Below are positions 40,770 through 54,961 of a DNA stretch of 64,000 nucleotides, piece by piece. Under the pieces are notes generated by a model, which saw nothing but the letters and a program-made list of their open reading frames with translations, ran no database searches and was not told the DNA's origin. Origin of the DNA: Octopus vulgaris. Lineage: Eukaryota. The stretch's first letter is position 1; each line of letters begins with the position of its first letter. A program made the position numbers and the translations under genes. The stretch is from positions 90,954,001 to 91,018,000 of the forward strand of contig OX597823.1 in assembly GCA_951406725.2 (NCBI GenBank), given 5' to 3'.

Positions 40770-41992
40770 CATCCACACATTGATGGAATGATATCATCAG
40801 TTTTTAAGTTACAATTTTATAACAGGTGGAAAGAAAAAAAAACAGAAAATAACAGAAAAGAGAAGACGACAGAAAAAAGAAAAGAAAAAGAGAGAAAGAA
40901 GAATATTTAATCAAACAGTTTTGTATAAACTTGATGATATTCTCCTGTCATCTTATTCATCTCTCCAGGGCGTGATGTTAATAACCTGCAAACATATTTC
41001 TCCTCATACATTCTGAGAAGTGAAAGTGAAGTAGATTCACAATATTTTCTGAGAATATGCACTTTCAAGTCTTCTTCAAAATTGCAGCCACTTGAAATGA
41101 AATGTTCAGCAAGTTCTGTCGAACTACTGTTATTGTGCCTGATGACGAATCTGTGCCCATTTAACCTTTTGTTTAATTGTTCTGTTGTGCAACCAACATA
41201 AACTAAGTTGTGTTTCGGGCATTCTGCAGCGTAGACCAAATGGGAATCTTTACATGCTCCACCTTCTGTATAAATCATAACATTTCTGTTATGATTTCTG
41301 ATGGAATTCACTTCACTCATGTTGTTGCACAATGAACAAGGCTTACCTCTCTTGCAGCTGTTCTTTAAGGTACAGCATGTAGATACTCCAATGTTTGTTT
41401 TCTTGGAGTCAGATATAGAGGTCAATAATTCTTTTATATTCTTATTTCGTTTAAAGTCTACAATAGGCGGCTGAGGAAATATCTGTTTGAAACAAGGATA
41501 TTTTTTTTCCACATGCTGGTAACTTTCATGCAACACTTCTGAAATGCCAGCGAAATTTCGGTGCCAGTTAATCACTAAAGGAATTCTGTCATCTATTGTA
41601 TTTGCTAAAATTATGCATATAGGTTTGACTATCGTTGCTAATCTTAGCTATTTCATTTGCTATTTCCTTTAATCATGATTCACTTTAACTGCGTTTGACA
41701 TAATGATATACAAAAGCACTTGCATGTTTCCAGTAATCCTCTATGTCAGTACAAATCCATTTTATTGTCAAAAATTGGGATTTTGGATTTGACCGAATAA
41801 GATGATGTGGATGATTGGAGCAGCGGTGGAGATAAATATGAGATGATGTGGGCTTGCAAAATAACTCTGTTACTATTCTGCCTCCAGAAAACTTGACTTT
41901 TGTGTCCAAAACTACAACGCTTGCTTTTGAAAAACTAGACGTAAATTTTATGTTGGACTTAAAGCCATAGTTTCAAGCATAACAGTCACAGA
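40770..41992 (-). pseudogene. Older Penelope-like element: RT thumb fragment plus GIY-YIG endonuclease
   Basis: 41685-41909 TELFCKPTSSHIYLHRCSNHP. 40907-41575 has CSLC and LVYAAECPKHNLVYVGCT..LNKRLNGHR...ELAEHF. Frameshifts lie between the two. Confidence 0.85.
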
Positions 41993-42123
<131 letters not shown>

Positions 42124-42136
42124 CAACAACAACAAC

Positions 42137-42950
42137 CCTTACACAGGGATCTTTTGAGCAGAAAAGGCTACTCAAGCTGTAGAAAATTCTAACTGGGCCC
42201 CACCTGCAAGGTCATGTGCTGTTTATCTTGATATGAGATCGCCATGTCGCACATATATGGTTGTGATGCATGTGATTGGTGTACCCTTATCAGATGGGTA
42301 ATCATGATGAGTATACTGGGCTTTGTATATTTTATCCCAGTGTTACTGTGATGTCATACACTTCAATCTCACTCAACAACAACAACAATAACAATAATAA
42401 TAAATGCCTGGATGTAGTGGCTCTCTTGGCTTTTGATTTTAACTTATTGGGAGTGTTATCATGTACATTGTTTTGTCTTGGTATAAAAGATGGGCTACAG
42501 CAATTATTCTGCTCAATACCACACATTTGCTTGTCAGTTGTTTGGCCTTAACCAGTTGAGCATGTCCCTTGGTGGCTGATGATATGTGTGTCTCTGATCA
42601 TGAGCAGAAGTTGTGGGGGAGCGTCATAACTACGTGTTGAGAGGGATTCTTTGGGGTTTGAATAATTCACCTCTGGAAATATGGGTGCTTTGTTCATCAT
42701 CCTTAAACAACCGTTATTCAGGAACCTTTCGAGTGGGATGGGTTACTTGACCTGAAGAAAATTCAAACAGGGCCCCACCTGCAAGGTCATGTGCTGTTTA
42801 TCTTGATATGAGATCACCATGTCATGCTCATATGTTTGTGATGCATGTGCCTGGTGTACCCTTATCAGACAGGTAGTCATGATGGGTATACTGGGCTTCG
42901 TATATTTGTATCCCAGTGTCACTTTGATGGCATGCACTGCTCTCTCACTA
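42137..42950 (+). mobile_element. Two tandem family E copies (5'-truncated 42137-42374; full 42403-42950), each ending in (TAA/CAA)n
   Basis: GGGCCCCACCTGCAAGGTCATGTGCTGTTTATCTTGATATGAGATC at ~42195 and ~42770. Confidence 0.8.
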
Positions 42951-42983
42951 AATAATAATAACAATAATAATAATAATAATAAT

Positions 42984-43164
42984 CAGTAAAGCTCCTACAG
43001 AAAGTTTTGTCTCTTGGGGACAGCTAGGATTATCAGGTGTGTTCTAAGCACTTGAAAGACTGCTGGAAACTTGTGGATACCTAAGTTTCCAAGCAGTGAC
43101 CTGCTATCCACATAATTCCTACCAGGAAAAAGACTGAACTTAAGCCAAACCAAAATTTAAAACA

Positions 43165-43165
<1 letters not shown>
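42984..43165 (+). mobile_element. Short 3' end of a Dong/R4-like RLE element
   Basis: Translates (with one frameshift) LLQKV..LGTARIIRCVLST*, like the C-terminus of ORF 28-252. Follows (TAA)n. Confidence 0.55.
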
Positions 43166-43645
<480 letters not shown>

Positions 43646-44042
43646 TATAAAATCTGTTGTCCTTGCTGGCTTGGAGTAGGACAGCTTGACAAGACCAGTT
43701 TCGTGATGGCATTCTCCAACTTCCTGCCCTTCCTAACCCCAAATGTTTTACATAATTTATTAATTCTCTAAAAGATTCTTATCTCATCTCCTTATTGGTA
43801 AACATTAACTTTCTTCATCCTGTTCACCTTCATCATAACTTAAATATATTCACAAGATTAGATTTGTAAACTTAGCATAGTAGTAATTAGAAATACCGTA
43901 ATTAAGCAAGTGCTCAGTGTATAAAGAGATAACGAGATATATAATTGCCTAATTGGCTCAAAACCATGACATTCTTCTCACACATTTAATTATATGCTAC
44001 CTTTGTTTCAAATATAGACATTTTACAGTTTTATATTTAAGA

Positions 44043-44228
44043 GATGAGGAATTATTTACATTATTTACATTATTTATATTTGACATTTATTTGTCCTCAT
44101 CTTGTTTGTTGTTAACACAACATTTTGGCTGATATACCCTCCAGCCTTCATCAGGTGTCTTTGGAAAATTTCGAACCTAGATTCTCATTCCAAAGGTATT
44201 TTTCAATGCTATTATTATTATTATTATT

Positions 44229-44263
<35 letters not shown>

Positions 44264-44527
44264 TATCTTATTTACATTATTTACAATTGACGGATATTTG
44301 TCCTCATTTTGTTTGTTGTTAACATGTTTTATCTGATATACCCACCAGCCTTCATCAGGTGTCTTGGGAAAATTTTGAACCTGGGTTCTCATTCCCAAGG
44401 TATTTTTCAATTATTATTATTATTATTCAGGTAACTGCTTGGAATCGAACTCAGAATCTTGGGGTTAGTAGCCCATGCTCTTAACAGCTATGCCGTATGC
44501 CCGTCAAATGTAAATAATGTAAATAAT
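44043..44527 (-). mobile_element. tRNA-headed element with two tandem hammerhead-bearing units and an inverted terminal copy (candidate PLE-mobilised SINE/retrozyme)
   Basis: tRNA-like head 44428-44502 (B box GAGTTCGATTCC). Units 44052-44210 and 44268-44410 each contain acac CTGATGA a ggctg. 44501-44527 is an inverted copy of the unit end. Confidence 0.65.
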
Positions 44528-44771
44528 AGACATTTTAGATTTAATGTTTAGCTTTAATTGTCCTGAAGAAACACCTGTAAAAATATCATTTACATATTTC
44601 TATGAATCACAACCAATAGAAATATAAAATAGAAAACAAATAGAGCCTTCTATTTGTTTTGTCCTTTTGGACCAATATTTAATAGAATTCATGGTATTAA
44701 TATTCCATGGGTGTGTGGATGTGTGGATGTATCTAAATGTGTATGTGTTTTATGTTTATGTAGTAAATATA

Positions 44772-45126
44772 GGTCCAGGCGTGGCTGTGTGGTAAGTAGC
44801 TTGCTTATCAACCACATGGTACCGGGTTCAGTCCTACTGTGTGACACCTTGGGGAAGTGTCTTCTACTGTAGCCTCAGGCCGACCAAAGCCTTGTCAGTG
44901 GATTTGGCAGACAGAAACTGAAAGAAGCTTGTTGTATATATGTATGTGTATGTGTGTGTGTGTGTGTATGTGTGTGTGTGTGTGTGAGTGTGTGTGTTTG
45001 TGTGTCTGTGTTTGTCCCCCTCCCAACATTGCTTGACATCCGATGCTAGGGTGTTTACGACCGCTGTAACTCAGTGGTTCGGCAAAAAGAGACCAATAGA
45101 ATAAGTACTAGGCTTACAAGCAATAA
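44772..45126 (+). mobile_element. SINE family A, 3'-truncated
   Basis: GTGGCTGTGTGGTAAGTAGCTTGC...GGGTTCAGTCC...CACCTTGGGGAAGTGTCTTC. Confidence 0.85.
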
Positions 45127-45856
45127 GTCCTCCTCGGTTGTGGTTGAGCTTTTTCCCTTTTACCAAGCCACTGTTTACGATGTTTAACATTTCGATAGAA
45201 GATCCATTTTTCATCACCAGTCACAAATCTATCCAAAAAGGGTGAAATGAGTGCAAGAATGGAGAGAAGTGCAGATGTCAACTCGGGATTTGCGACTGCT
45301 TTCGAACAATTCATGAGGCACCCATTTTCCAAGTTTAGGAACTTTCCAAGTTGTTGAAGATGACGATGAACAGTTGTATGTTTTGAACTAAGCTTTATTG
45401 CGAATTCTTCAAATGATAATGCAGGATTTTCTTCAAATAATGCCTTAAGGAGCCAATCATCAAACTCAACTGGACGTCCTGTTTGATCTTCATCTTCAAG
45501 GCTGAAATCTCTACTTCTGAATTTTGCAAACCATCTTCTGCAAGTTCTTTCATTCAAGCATTCTTTGCCATAAACTGAGTGTATGTTTCAAGTTACTTCG
45601 GCTGCAGAGTTTCCTTTTTTTGTACTCATAAAGCATTATGTGTCTCAAATGCTCTTTGGATACTTACATGTTAGAAATAGTTTTAATCACAGAAACTTTA
45701 ATTCTATTATTCTGTAAAATAATATTTAATTAGTTTAAATGTACAGAAATGCATAAAAATAATTTTTAATTCCATTAGACATTCTAAAATACTTTTAATT
45801 TTCATTCAATTTTAAAAAAGGTAATATCGGACAGAACTTATGGGATGACCTGATAT
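45127..45856 (-). pseudogene. Mariner transposon, 5' half with TIR
   Basis: WFAKFRSRDFSLEDEDQTGRP and FVTGDEKWIFYRNVK motifs. Terminus TATCAGGTCATCCCATAAGTTCTGTCCG next to (TA)n. Confidence 0.85.
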
Positions 45857-45859
45857 ATG

Positions 45860-45958
<99 letters not shown>

Positions 45959-46623
45959 CACATATGCGAGTGTGTGTGTGTGTGCATTTGAAGTTTTGGT
46001 CTTCGAATACCTTCAGTTTCTAAATATTAAGCTATTTTTACGGCATATATTTTTTAAAAGAAAAATTCCAACTGCTACGAGTTGCAATTATATTTTAGTC
46101 TACTCTCCCCCCCCCCTTCCTTTTAAACTACTCACATATTTCTCTGAACTTTTATATACATTTGCAATTTCCCCCCCCCCCCCGCATTAATCCGAATATT
46201 CACAAGATGAAACGATAGATATCTTTCGTAAGTAAGTTAGCTTTCAGCTAAAATTATACACACACACATAAGCGTGTGTGCATGTATTTGTATATATATA
46301 TACACACATCCACACACACATATATATTGTTTGCTCTATCAGTGCTGATTGGGTGCTAAATAAAATCTATCTACACTCATTTTCATTTTGCCTTGTCTCA
46401 TATCTCTGATCTTTAATATGCATGTGAATGTGTATTTATATATATATATTTGCTCATATATACATACACACACACGCACACACACACACACACACATGTA
46501 TGTATGTATACACAGAAAGATGTATGCATGCATACTATCAACATTGTTCTATATGTTGCTTATCTGCCAACCTACAGACATGCATGCAGGCACACACAAC
46601 TAAATGCACATATGTGTGTGTAC

Positions 46624-46750
<127 letters not shown>

Positions 46751-47023
46751 ATTATGGTGAGAAAAATCTGTGCAATAAATAAATAAAAATAATAAGGAAA
46801 TAGGAAAACAGCGTGAGAAATTTTCATGGAACAAACTGTGTCTTTCGATTTCAGCACCGATATTTCAGAAATCCTTTCACAATCTTCAGAAGTGAAGTTA
46901 TTTTAGGCTATTAAAGGTTTCTTGTTCTTTACCACTTTTTTTGGGAATCATCATACAATTTTTTTCAATTCTACATATTTATTTTCACTAAATAAATAAA
47001 TATATATGTGTGTGTGCGTGTGC

Positions 47024-47087
<64 letters not shown>

Positions 47088-47094
47088 ATGTATG

Positions 47095-47128
<34 letters not shown>

Positions 47129-47439
47129 TATATATATATATGTATATATGTATATGTAAGTATGTAAGGAAAGAAATCCTGCTTCTTGGTGTATTTTCTC
47201 TTTTAACAACTAGTGTGTGTATGTGTGTGTGTGTGTGTGTGTGTACTGACTAAAACATGTATTTCTGTGGATCTCAGATAAGGAGTGCACAATGTGTACA
47301 CTGTAAAACTGTACATTACCAACGTCTTAAAGACTAATTTGGGTCTTTGATTTAGTATGACATACAAGTGTTACAATAACAAAAAAATGGACATTGACTA
47401 TTTACTTGCGATATATAATATGTGATATATATATAATGC

Positions 47440-47521
<82 letters not shown>

Positions 47522-47839
47522 AATAATTATTATTATTTGAGGGAATATTAATCCTAACTTACAAGGAAAAAATTCAATTTAGAAATACTAAATCAAATTT
47601 CACACAATATAATATATATATATATATATGTAAAAAATTAGAAAAAAACACCTTTTATTAATTCAAAATGAGCAATTAAGTTACACCATCTAGAAATTTA
47701 CATATAATAGAAATATTAACATTAAAATAACAATAAAATACCAATGATTAAATAAATTGCAATAAAATAATAAAAACGTATATAATTGGTGTATATATAT
47801 ATCATCATCATCATCATCATTGTTTAACGTCCGTTTTAC

Positions 47840-47929
<90 letters not shown>

Positions 47930-48446
47930 ATGGTTGAACAGAAAGAACACAACAAGGAGAAAAAGTTAGATGAAAGCAGAGCAAATGGGAGACTAAATGG
48001 AAACTTAATGGAAGGAAATTTAGACAAAGGCATGGTTCATGGAATATTCACAGCTAAGTTTCCCTTTTCAGTCAATGACCCAAAATATCATAACCCCAAA
48101 TGTAAGTGGTAGAACTATATGCATGTTCAAACTCGTGCGGATGTCTCGTATATAGTTCTGCAAGTTATATTTTGCTTTGCTGATCACACTGATGAATTGC
48201 GGATACTTACGTAAATATTACGTAAGTGGTAACAATGAAATCCGGTTTGTGACTAATCTTTATATTTTGTATATTTTCATCTGTCTTGCTTGCTTACATT
48301 CTGGTGTTTGCTGAATTTTCTTGGGAACAATCTTTTCATAGTGGTCAGACCATATGGGGGTCTATCTCTAGTATAATGGATGTCCACTTAGTGGTCATCC
48401 CACTTATATGTATGTATAAATATATAAATATATATGCACACACACA

Positions 48447-48915
48447 CAGAGTGTGATGGATAAATTTTCACCATTTTGCATTTTTAATTTCGTGCATGCA
48501 CATCGTTTGTTTTTGATTTTGTCTACTACACAGTGTAGTAGGGGCAGTTGAGCACAGTCTGTGAGAAAAACAACATCTTAAGGCAAGTCACTTTGCCAGG
48601 AATTTGGAAACGACATGTTGTACTGCTTGGCATTTGCACCAGAAGTTCTAAAATGAACATTTCAGAGTGATTGGGTGTCAATCTGAGGACATGTACTGAG
48701 AGTGATAAAAATCAAACATCCAGTCAACACCATGGTATTTGAAGTGATCACTAGTGATGGGAATGTTGTGCCTCCATTTATCTTCCAACACAGCCTCAGA
48801 CTCAAGTGCCTGGAGGAGGTAGTACTGCCCTGGGTCAAAAGTGGGGCTGCTGGAACATCCTATGTCTGGCAACAGGACTCTGCACCATGCCACACAAGCA
48901 GGAGAATTCAGTCAT
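48447..48915 (+). pseudogene. Internally deleted DD37D/maT-type Tc1-mariner element, truncated by an RTE tail
   Basis: VFEVITSDGNVVPPFIF...YVWQQDSAPCHTS. Homologous to 59931-60778. Confidence 0.75.
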
Positions 48916-49280
48916 TGCCAGTGCCACCTGACTGGCTCCCCGTACCAGTGGCATGTAAAAAGCACCATCCAAATGTAGCCGATGCCAGTGACACCTGACT
49001 AGCTCCCTGTGCTGGTGACGCGTAAAAAGCTCCATCTGAACATAGTTGATGCCAGCTTCCTCAGCCTGACTGACTCCTGTGCTGGTAGCACATAAAAAGC
49101 ACCCACTACACTCTCGGAGTTGTGGGCGTTAGGAAGGGCGTCCAGCTGTAGAAACACTGCCAGTTCAGATTGGAGCCTGGTGCGGATTCCTTGCTTGCCA
49201 GCCCTCAGTCAAACCATCCAACCCATGCCAGCATGAAAAACGGATGTTAAACGATGATGATGATGATGATGATGATGATA
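48915..49280 (+). mobile_element. RTE 3' UTR with three ~65-70 bp subrepeats and (GAT)n tail
   Basis: TAAAAAGC(A/T)CC at ~48955, ~49022 and ~49092; GTTAGGAAGGGCGTCCAGCTGTAGAAAC. Confidence 0.8.
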
Positions 49281-49761
49281 CATATATATATATGTATGTG
49301 TGTGTGTGTGTGCCTATCTATCCATATGTCAATGTATCTTTATGTATACAAACATTTGTGTATGTGTGTTTATATATAAATATGCGATGGATGTCAATGT
49401 GTGTGTGTGTGTGTGTGTGTGTATACACAGCCACCATAATTAGAATCCCTAGGGTGTTGAACAAAATATCCTTGTAGTCTGCCCCCACCCACCTCCACCT
49501 CCACCCCACCCCACCCCATCCCTTCAGCTTTCAACTTTTCAAATTGTTGGCCTTCCCCCTCTTTGATCACTCTGAGTGTGGTGAAACAACTTCAAACGAG
49601 TTACCAGTTGGCATTTATAATTAATTCTACCCTCGAAAGCTTTGCTTCAGCTTGGCTACAGTTCTATCAATGAAACCAGTGAAGAAAAAAAATACAAAGC
49701 ATAAAAGACTATTCCTGTTGTGGCAGGGTTCCATGGCTAAGAATTCTTCTTTGCAATACTT

Positions 49762-50420
49762 TGGCAAGCTGGCAGAAACATTAGCACGCCAGCCAAAATG
49801 CTTAGTGCTATTTTGTCTGCCGCTACGTTCTGAGTTCAAATTCTGTCGAGGTCGACTTTGCCTTTCACCCTTTTGGAGTTGATTAAATAAGTATGAGTTA
49901 CACACTGGGGTCGATGTAATCGACTTACTCTCTTTTACTCTTTTACTTGTTTCAGTCAATTGACTGTGGCCATGCTGGAGCACCGCCTTTAGTCGAGCAA
50001 ATCGACCCCGGGACTTATTCTTTGTAAGCCCAGTACTTATTCTATCGGTCTCTTTTGCCGAACCGCTAAGTGACGGGGATGTAAACACACCAGCATCGGT
50101 TGTCAAGCAATGCTAGGGGGACAAACACACACACACAAACACACACACATACACATATATACGTATATATACATATATACGACAGGCTTCTTTCAGTTTC
50201 CGTCTACCAAATCCACTCACAAGGCATTGGTCGGCCCGGGGCTATAGCAGAAGACACTTGCCCAAGATGCCACACAGTGGGACTGAACCCGGAACCATGT
50301 GGTCAGTTAGCAAGCTACTTACCACACAGCCACACCTGCACCTATGCCACTCCTTAATCCCTTTATCTGTCTTTGTTTGTCCCCTCTATGTTTAGCCCCT
50401 TGTGGGCAATGAAGAAATAT
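49762..50420 (+). mobile_element. SINE family B interrupted by a minus-strand family A copy
   Basis: Family B body stops at ATCGACTTA (~49927) and resumes at CTTAATCCCTTT (~50353). Confidence 0.8.
49930..50345 (-). mobile_element. SINE family A, full length and young
   Basis: Retains many CpGs; colinear with the other full-length copies. Confidence 0.9.
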
Positions 50421-51049
50421 ATATTTTGGCTCTGAGTTCAATTCCAAAGCATGGCTCTTTTATAATCAAACATTCTATTCAGTTTAAAATGGGGCCCTAA
50501 TCTTTAGATAATTGCATGCTTACTTTGGTCTTTGACTCTTTAATTCCAATACTAATTTCAATATTCATAACTATTCCGCTTCTTCCATGTCTTAGAATAA
50601 TTATTTACCAAATATTTGGAATCTTGCATTATTTAAATTAATTTCCACTAAGGAAATTATCTGCCCATGTCTCTGTTATGAAGAGACTATAATGAAAGAA
50701 CGTAATGAACAGACTTAAGTAATTAGCTAAACGAGGGTGTAAATTAAACATTAACGTGGATACCTTTATGATATTATCCTATATATCATTATAATTACGA
50801 TTGAAGGAATTAATGAACTACTAAAAGTTTGAGACTAAAGTTACATTAATCATCAATTGTTACAAACACCAGTTTGAGAGAAAGTGTTATGGGATTTGAA
50901 TCACATACCTTGGACCCCAGGCAGCCATAGCAAAAGAGGGTGTGTGTCCCTTTTATCATTATAATTTTGTGTTACAATTTTTAATTGTATGCCTGTCTGT
51001 CTGTCTCTCACTCTCTCTCACTCTCTTTCTCCCTCTGACACTTCATTGG

Positions 51050-51725
51050 TTATGATGACAAGGGTTCCAGTCGATTCTATTCTATCAACAGAACAGCCTG
51101 CTCTTGAAATTAACATGCAAGTGCCTGAGTACTCAACAGACAAGCATACCTATTTCTTTACTACCCACAAGGGGCTAAACATAGAGGAGATAAACAAGGA
51201 AAGGCAAACGGATTAAGTCGATTATATCGACCCCAGTGCGTAACTGGTACTTAATTTATTGACCCTGAAATGATGAAAGGCAAAGTCGATGTCGGCGGAA
51301 TTTGAACTCAGAATGTAGTGGCAGACGAAATACCTATTTCTTTACTACCCATAAGGGGCTAAACACAGAGAGGACAAACAAGGACAGACAGACTGATTAA
51401 GTCGATTATATCGATCCCAGTGCGTAACTGGTACTTAATTTATTGACCCCGAAAGGAGGAAAGGCAAAGTCGACCTCGGCGGAATTTGAACTCAGAACGT
51501 AATGGCAAACGAAATACGGCTACACATTTCACCTGGCATGCTAACGCTTCTGCCAGCTCGCCGCCTTTAACAGACAAGCATACCTTTAATGAAGTTCTCT
51601 CTGAGAGATTCAGTGTGACACAGAATGTGACAATGGTGACCCTTTAAAATACAGGCACAACTCATTTTTGCCAGTTGAGTGGGCTCAAGCAATGGGAAAT
51701 AGAGTGTCTTGCTCAAGGACACAAT
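51050..51725 (-). mobile_element. SINE family D split by a family B dimer
   Basis: Reverse complement of 23570-23800 on both sides of the insert. Confidence 0.7.
51152..51568 (-). mobile_element. SINE family B dimer with a 17-bp target-site duplication
   Basis: TSD AACAGACAAGCATACCT at 51135-51151 and 51569-51585. Internal junction at ~51330. Confidence 0.9.
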
Positions 51726-51789
51726 TTATTCAACTCAGGATAATAAAATAAAGAAGTGTTATTGATCCAGTGCATGTGCGTATTTTGTG

Positions 51790-52165
51790 GCTGATGCCAG
51801 TGCCGTCTGAGTGGCACATGTGCCAGTGGCAAGTAAAAAGCATCATTTGAGTGTTGGGCCTCATGGAGGCAGTGACAGGCGATACACTGTTCTTGTGTTG
51901 ACCCGTCAAGCCAAGAGAGACTGTAGTCGTGGCCAATGTCAAGTAAATAGCACCCATGCTAGTGGCAGGTAAAAAAACATCTACTACACTCTTGGAGTGG
52001 TCGGCATTAGAAAGGGCATCCAGTCATAGAAACCTTGACAAATCAGATTGGATCCTGGTGCAGTCTCACTGGCTTACCGGCTTTCAGTCAAACTGTCCAA
52101 CCCATGCCAGCATGGAAAGCGGATGTTAAATGATGATGATGATAATGATGATGATGATAATGTTA
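51790..52165 (+). mobile_element. RTE 3' UTR and tail
   Basis: AAGGGCATCCAG...AAACTGTCCAACCCATGCCAGCATGGAAAGCGGATGTTAAA then (GAT)n. Confidence 0.8.
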
Positions 52166-53038
52166 ATGACCCTCCTGAGATACAACAAGATATAAACAGG
52201 AATGCTTATAGCTTACGCACATGTTGCTAATGTCTGGTTTAAACATGTTGCAGAGTTACCTTTCAAATTTGTAAATAAAAGAGAGAAATTTAATAAGAGT
52301 CAACATGTAACACATATTTTCTGAGGTAATATGGATTCAGTATTATTACCATTCTCATTAATAGGTTATTATTAGAGTTAACTAAATCATTAGAACATTG
52401 GAAAAAACGAAATTACTTTCCAGTATTTGTTCTTGAAAACTATCCAAGGTAATCTTTTTGTGGAATCAATGAAAGAAAATGCCAGAAAAAAGTCACTGAG
52501 GTTTAGTGATATTAACACAACCAAACATGTTTGGTTTTCGGATTTGGTTTGCACGATTCTTTATGTGAGTTCGTGTGTTGAAGTATATTCTGTTGTGTCT
52601 GGGGAGAGTCATTATTTCAATAAGGAATAAGTGGAAATTTTACCGGTGAGTGTGCTAAATTATAAGGCAACAAAAAGAAAATGGCTCTCCTCAGACACAA
52701 CCAAATATGTTTGGTTCTAGACGAAATGTTTGATGGATTTGCCTTGCATGTATGGAATCTGTAAAAGACCACACGCGTCAGTGATTAGCATTTCTATTTG
52801 TATCTTTTACTTGCTTCAATCATTAGACTGTGGCCATGCTGGGGCACCACCTTGAAGAATTTTTAGTTGAATGAATGGATCCCGGGACTTAATTTTTCAA
52901 AGCCTGGAACTTATTCTGTTGAGCTCTTTTACTGAGCTGCTAAGTTATGAGGGTGTAAACACACCAATTCCAGTTGTCAAATGGTGGGAGGGGACAAACA
53001 TGGACACAAAGACACACACACACATGTGTGCATGCACA

Positions 53039-53082
<44 letters not shown>

Positions 53083-53234
53083 CATATTGGTGTTAGTGTC
53101 ACGTAAAAAGCACCCAGTACATTCTGTGAAGTGGTTGGCATTAGGAAGAGCATTCAGCTGTAGAAACCACATTAAAACAACGGAGCCTGATGGGGCCCCT
53201 CACTTTACCAGTCCCTGTCAAACTGTCCAACCCA

Positions 53235-53640
53235 TACTCTTTTACTTGTTTCAGTCATGTGACTGTGGCCATGCTGGAGCACCACCTTTAGTCGAGCAAA
53301 TCGACCCCAGGACTTATTCTTTGTAAGCCTAGTATTTATTCTATCGGTCTCTTTTGCCAAACCGCTAAGTTACGGGGACGTAAACACACCAACATCGGTT
53401 GTCAAGCGATGTTGGGGGCACAAACACAGACACACAAATATACACACACACACACACATATATATACATATATACAACAGGCTTCTTTCAGTTTCCATCT
53501 GCCAAATCCACTCACAAGGCTTTGGTCGGCCCTAGGCTATAGTAGAAGACACTTGCCCAAGGTGCCACGCAGTGGGACTGAACCCTGAACCACGTGGTTG
53601 GTAAGCAAGCTACTTACCACACTGCCACTCCTGCGCCTAT
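53235..53640 (-). mobile_element. SINE family A, full length, inserted into an RTE tail (53095-53670)
   Basis: The RTE tail is split at CCAACCCAT | GTTAGCATGGAAAA. Head AGGCGCAGGAGTGGC. Confidence 0.9.
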
Positions 53641-54457
53641 GTTAGCATGGAAAACAAACTTTGAATGATGATAGTCATGTTGCTATACACACCAACAGGC
53701 TCTTTTCAGTTTTTATCAACCAAGTCCGGCTCATAAGGCTTTGTTTGACCCCAGGCTTTGGTTGAGACAAGGCTAAATTGCCGTGGAGTGGGACTGAACC
53801 TAGAACCACCTATATGAAATTGCTTTAAGTAAATGAACAAGTTTAATGATATTCATATTGCACTTTAAAAAATGGTATGGACCCATATTTAACTATTTGA
53901 CTGTGTCTGGTCCCAATCCTCCAATCTTATTAGAAGGTCTCCATTTATATCCCAAGTGTGATAAAATAAGGGCTGCAGATTATTAGATTATTGAGTTCAA
54001 TCAGCTCTAATCCCCTATGTGATAGAAATTAACTTTTATTTTATTTTATGTAAGAAATCAATAAACAAAATATTTTTATGGGAGCGAATTAGGTGTTACC
54101 ATGAAGAAATATGGTATATGTGTGTATGTATGTAAATCATATGTATGCATGTGTGTGTATCCTATATGTGTATATGTGTATGCATATCATATATGTGTAT
54201 TTAAATATATATACATATGTATAAGTGTGTGTGTATATCGTTTCTGTGCATATGTAGATGTGTTTGATATCATATATGTATATATGCAGGCATGTGTGTG
54301 TGTGCATGTGCATGTGTGTGTATCATATATATGCACACACACATATATGTTTGCATATATGCATGTATGTATGCATGTATGTGTGTATGTATGTGTCTAA
54401 CTATCTATCTACCTATTTATCTACCTACCTACCTACCTTACCTACCTACTTACCTAC

Positions 54458-54539
<82 letters not shown>

Positions 54540-54559
54540 GTCTATCTATCTATCTATCC

Positions 54560-54875
54560 CCATGCTGGTGGCATGTAAAAAGCACCACCCAAATGTGGCT
54601 GATGCCAGCGCCACCTTGACTGGCTTCCGTGTTGGTGGCACATAAAAAGGACCATTCGATTGTGGTTGATAGCAGCCCCCTCAGGCCCCTGTGCCGGTTG
54701 CACTTAAAAAAGTACCTGCTTACACGCTTGGAGTGGTTGGCATTAGGAGGGGCATCCAGCTGTAGAAACACTGCCAGATTAGACTGGAGCTTGGTGCAGC
54801 CTTCTGGCTTCCCAGACAACAGTCTAACCTCCCAACCCATGCCAGCATGGAAAGCAGACATTAAATGATGATGAT
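54560..54875 (+). mobile_element. RTE 3' UTR with subrepeats and tail
   Basis: Homologous to 48915-49280. Confidence 0.8.
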
Positions 54876-54961
54876 TAATTCTGCAGCAAATACGTTTGTG
54901 GAGTGAAAAATATATATATTTACACATAATTAGAATGAAGTCCTATATTTGCCCTATTTAT

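Noticed and set aside
40770-40810. CTGATGA downstream of the older PLE ORF
   Set aside because: No GAAA half or closing stem is visible; the element seems truncated here.
44428-44502. tRNA-Ser(ACT)-like gene
   Set aside because: Acceptor and D stems do not pair well and the A box is decayed; treated as a SINE head.
46835-46895. Minus-strand CTGAAGA...GAAA hammerhead candidate
   Set aside because: Stems I and II do not pair convincingly; at best a heavily decayed relic.
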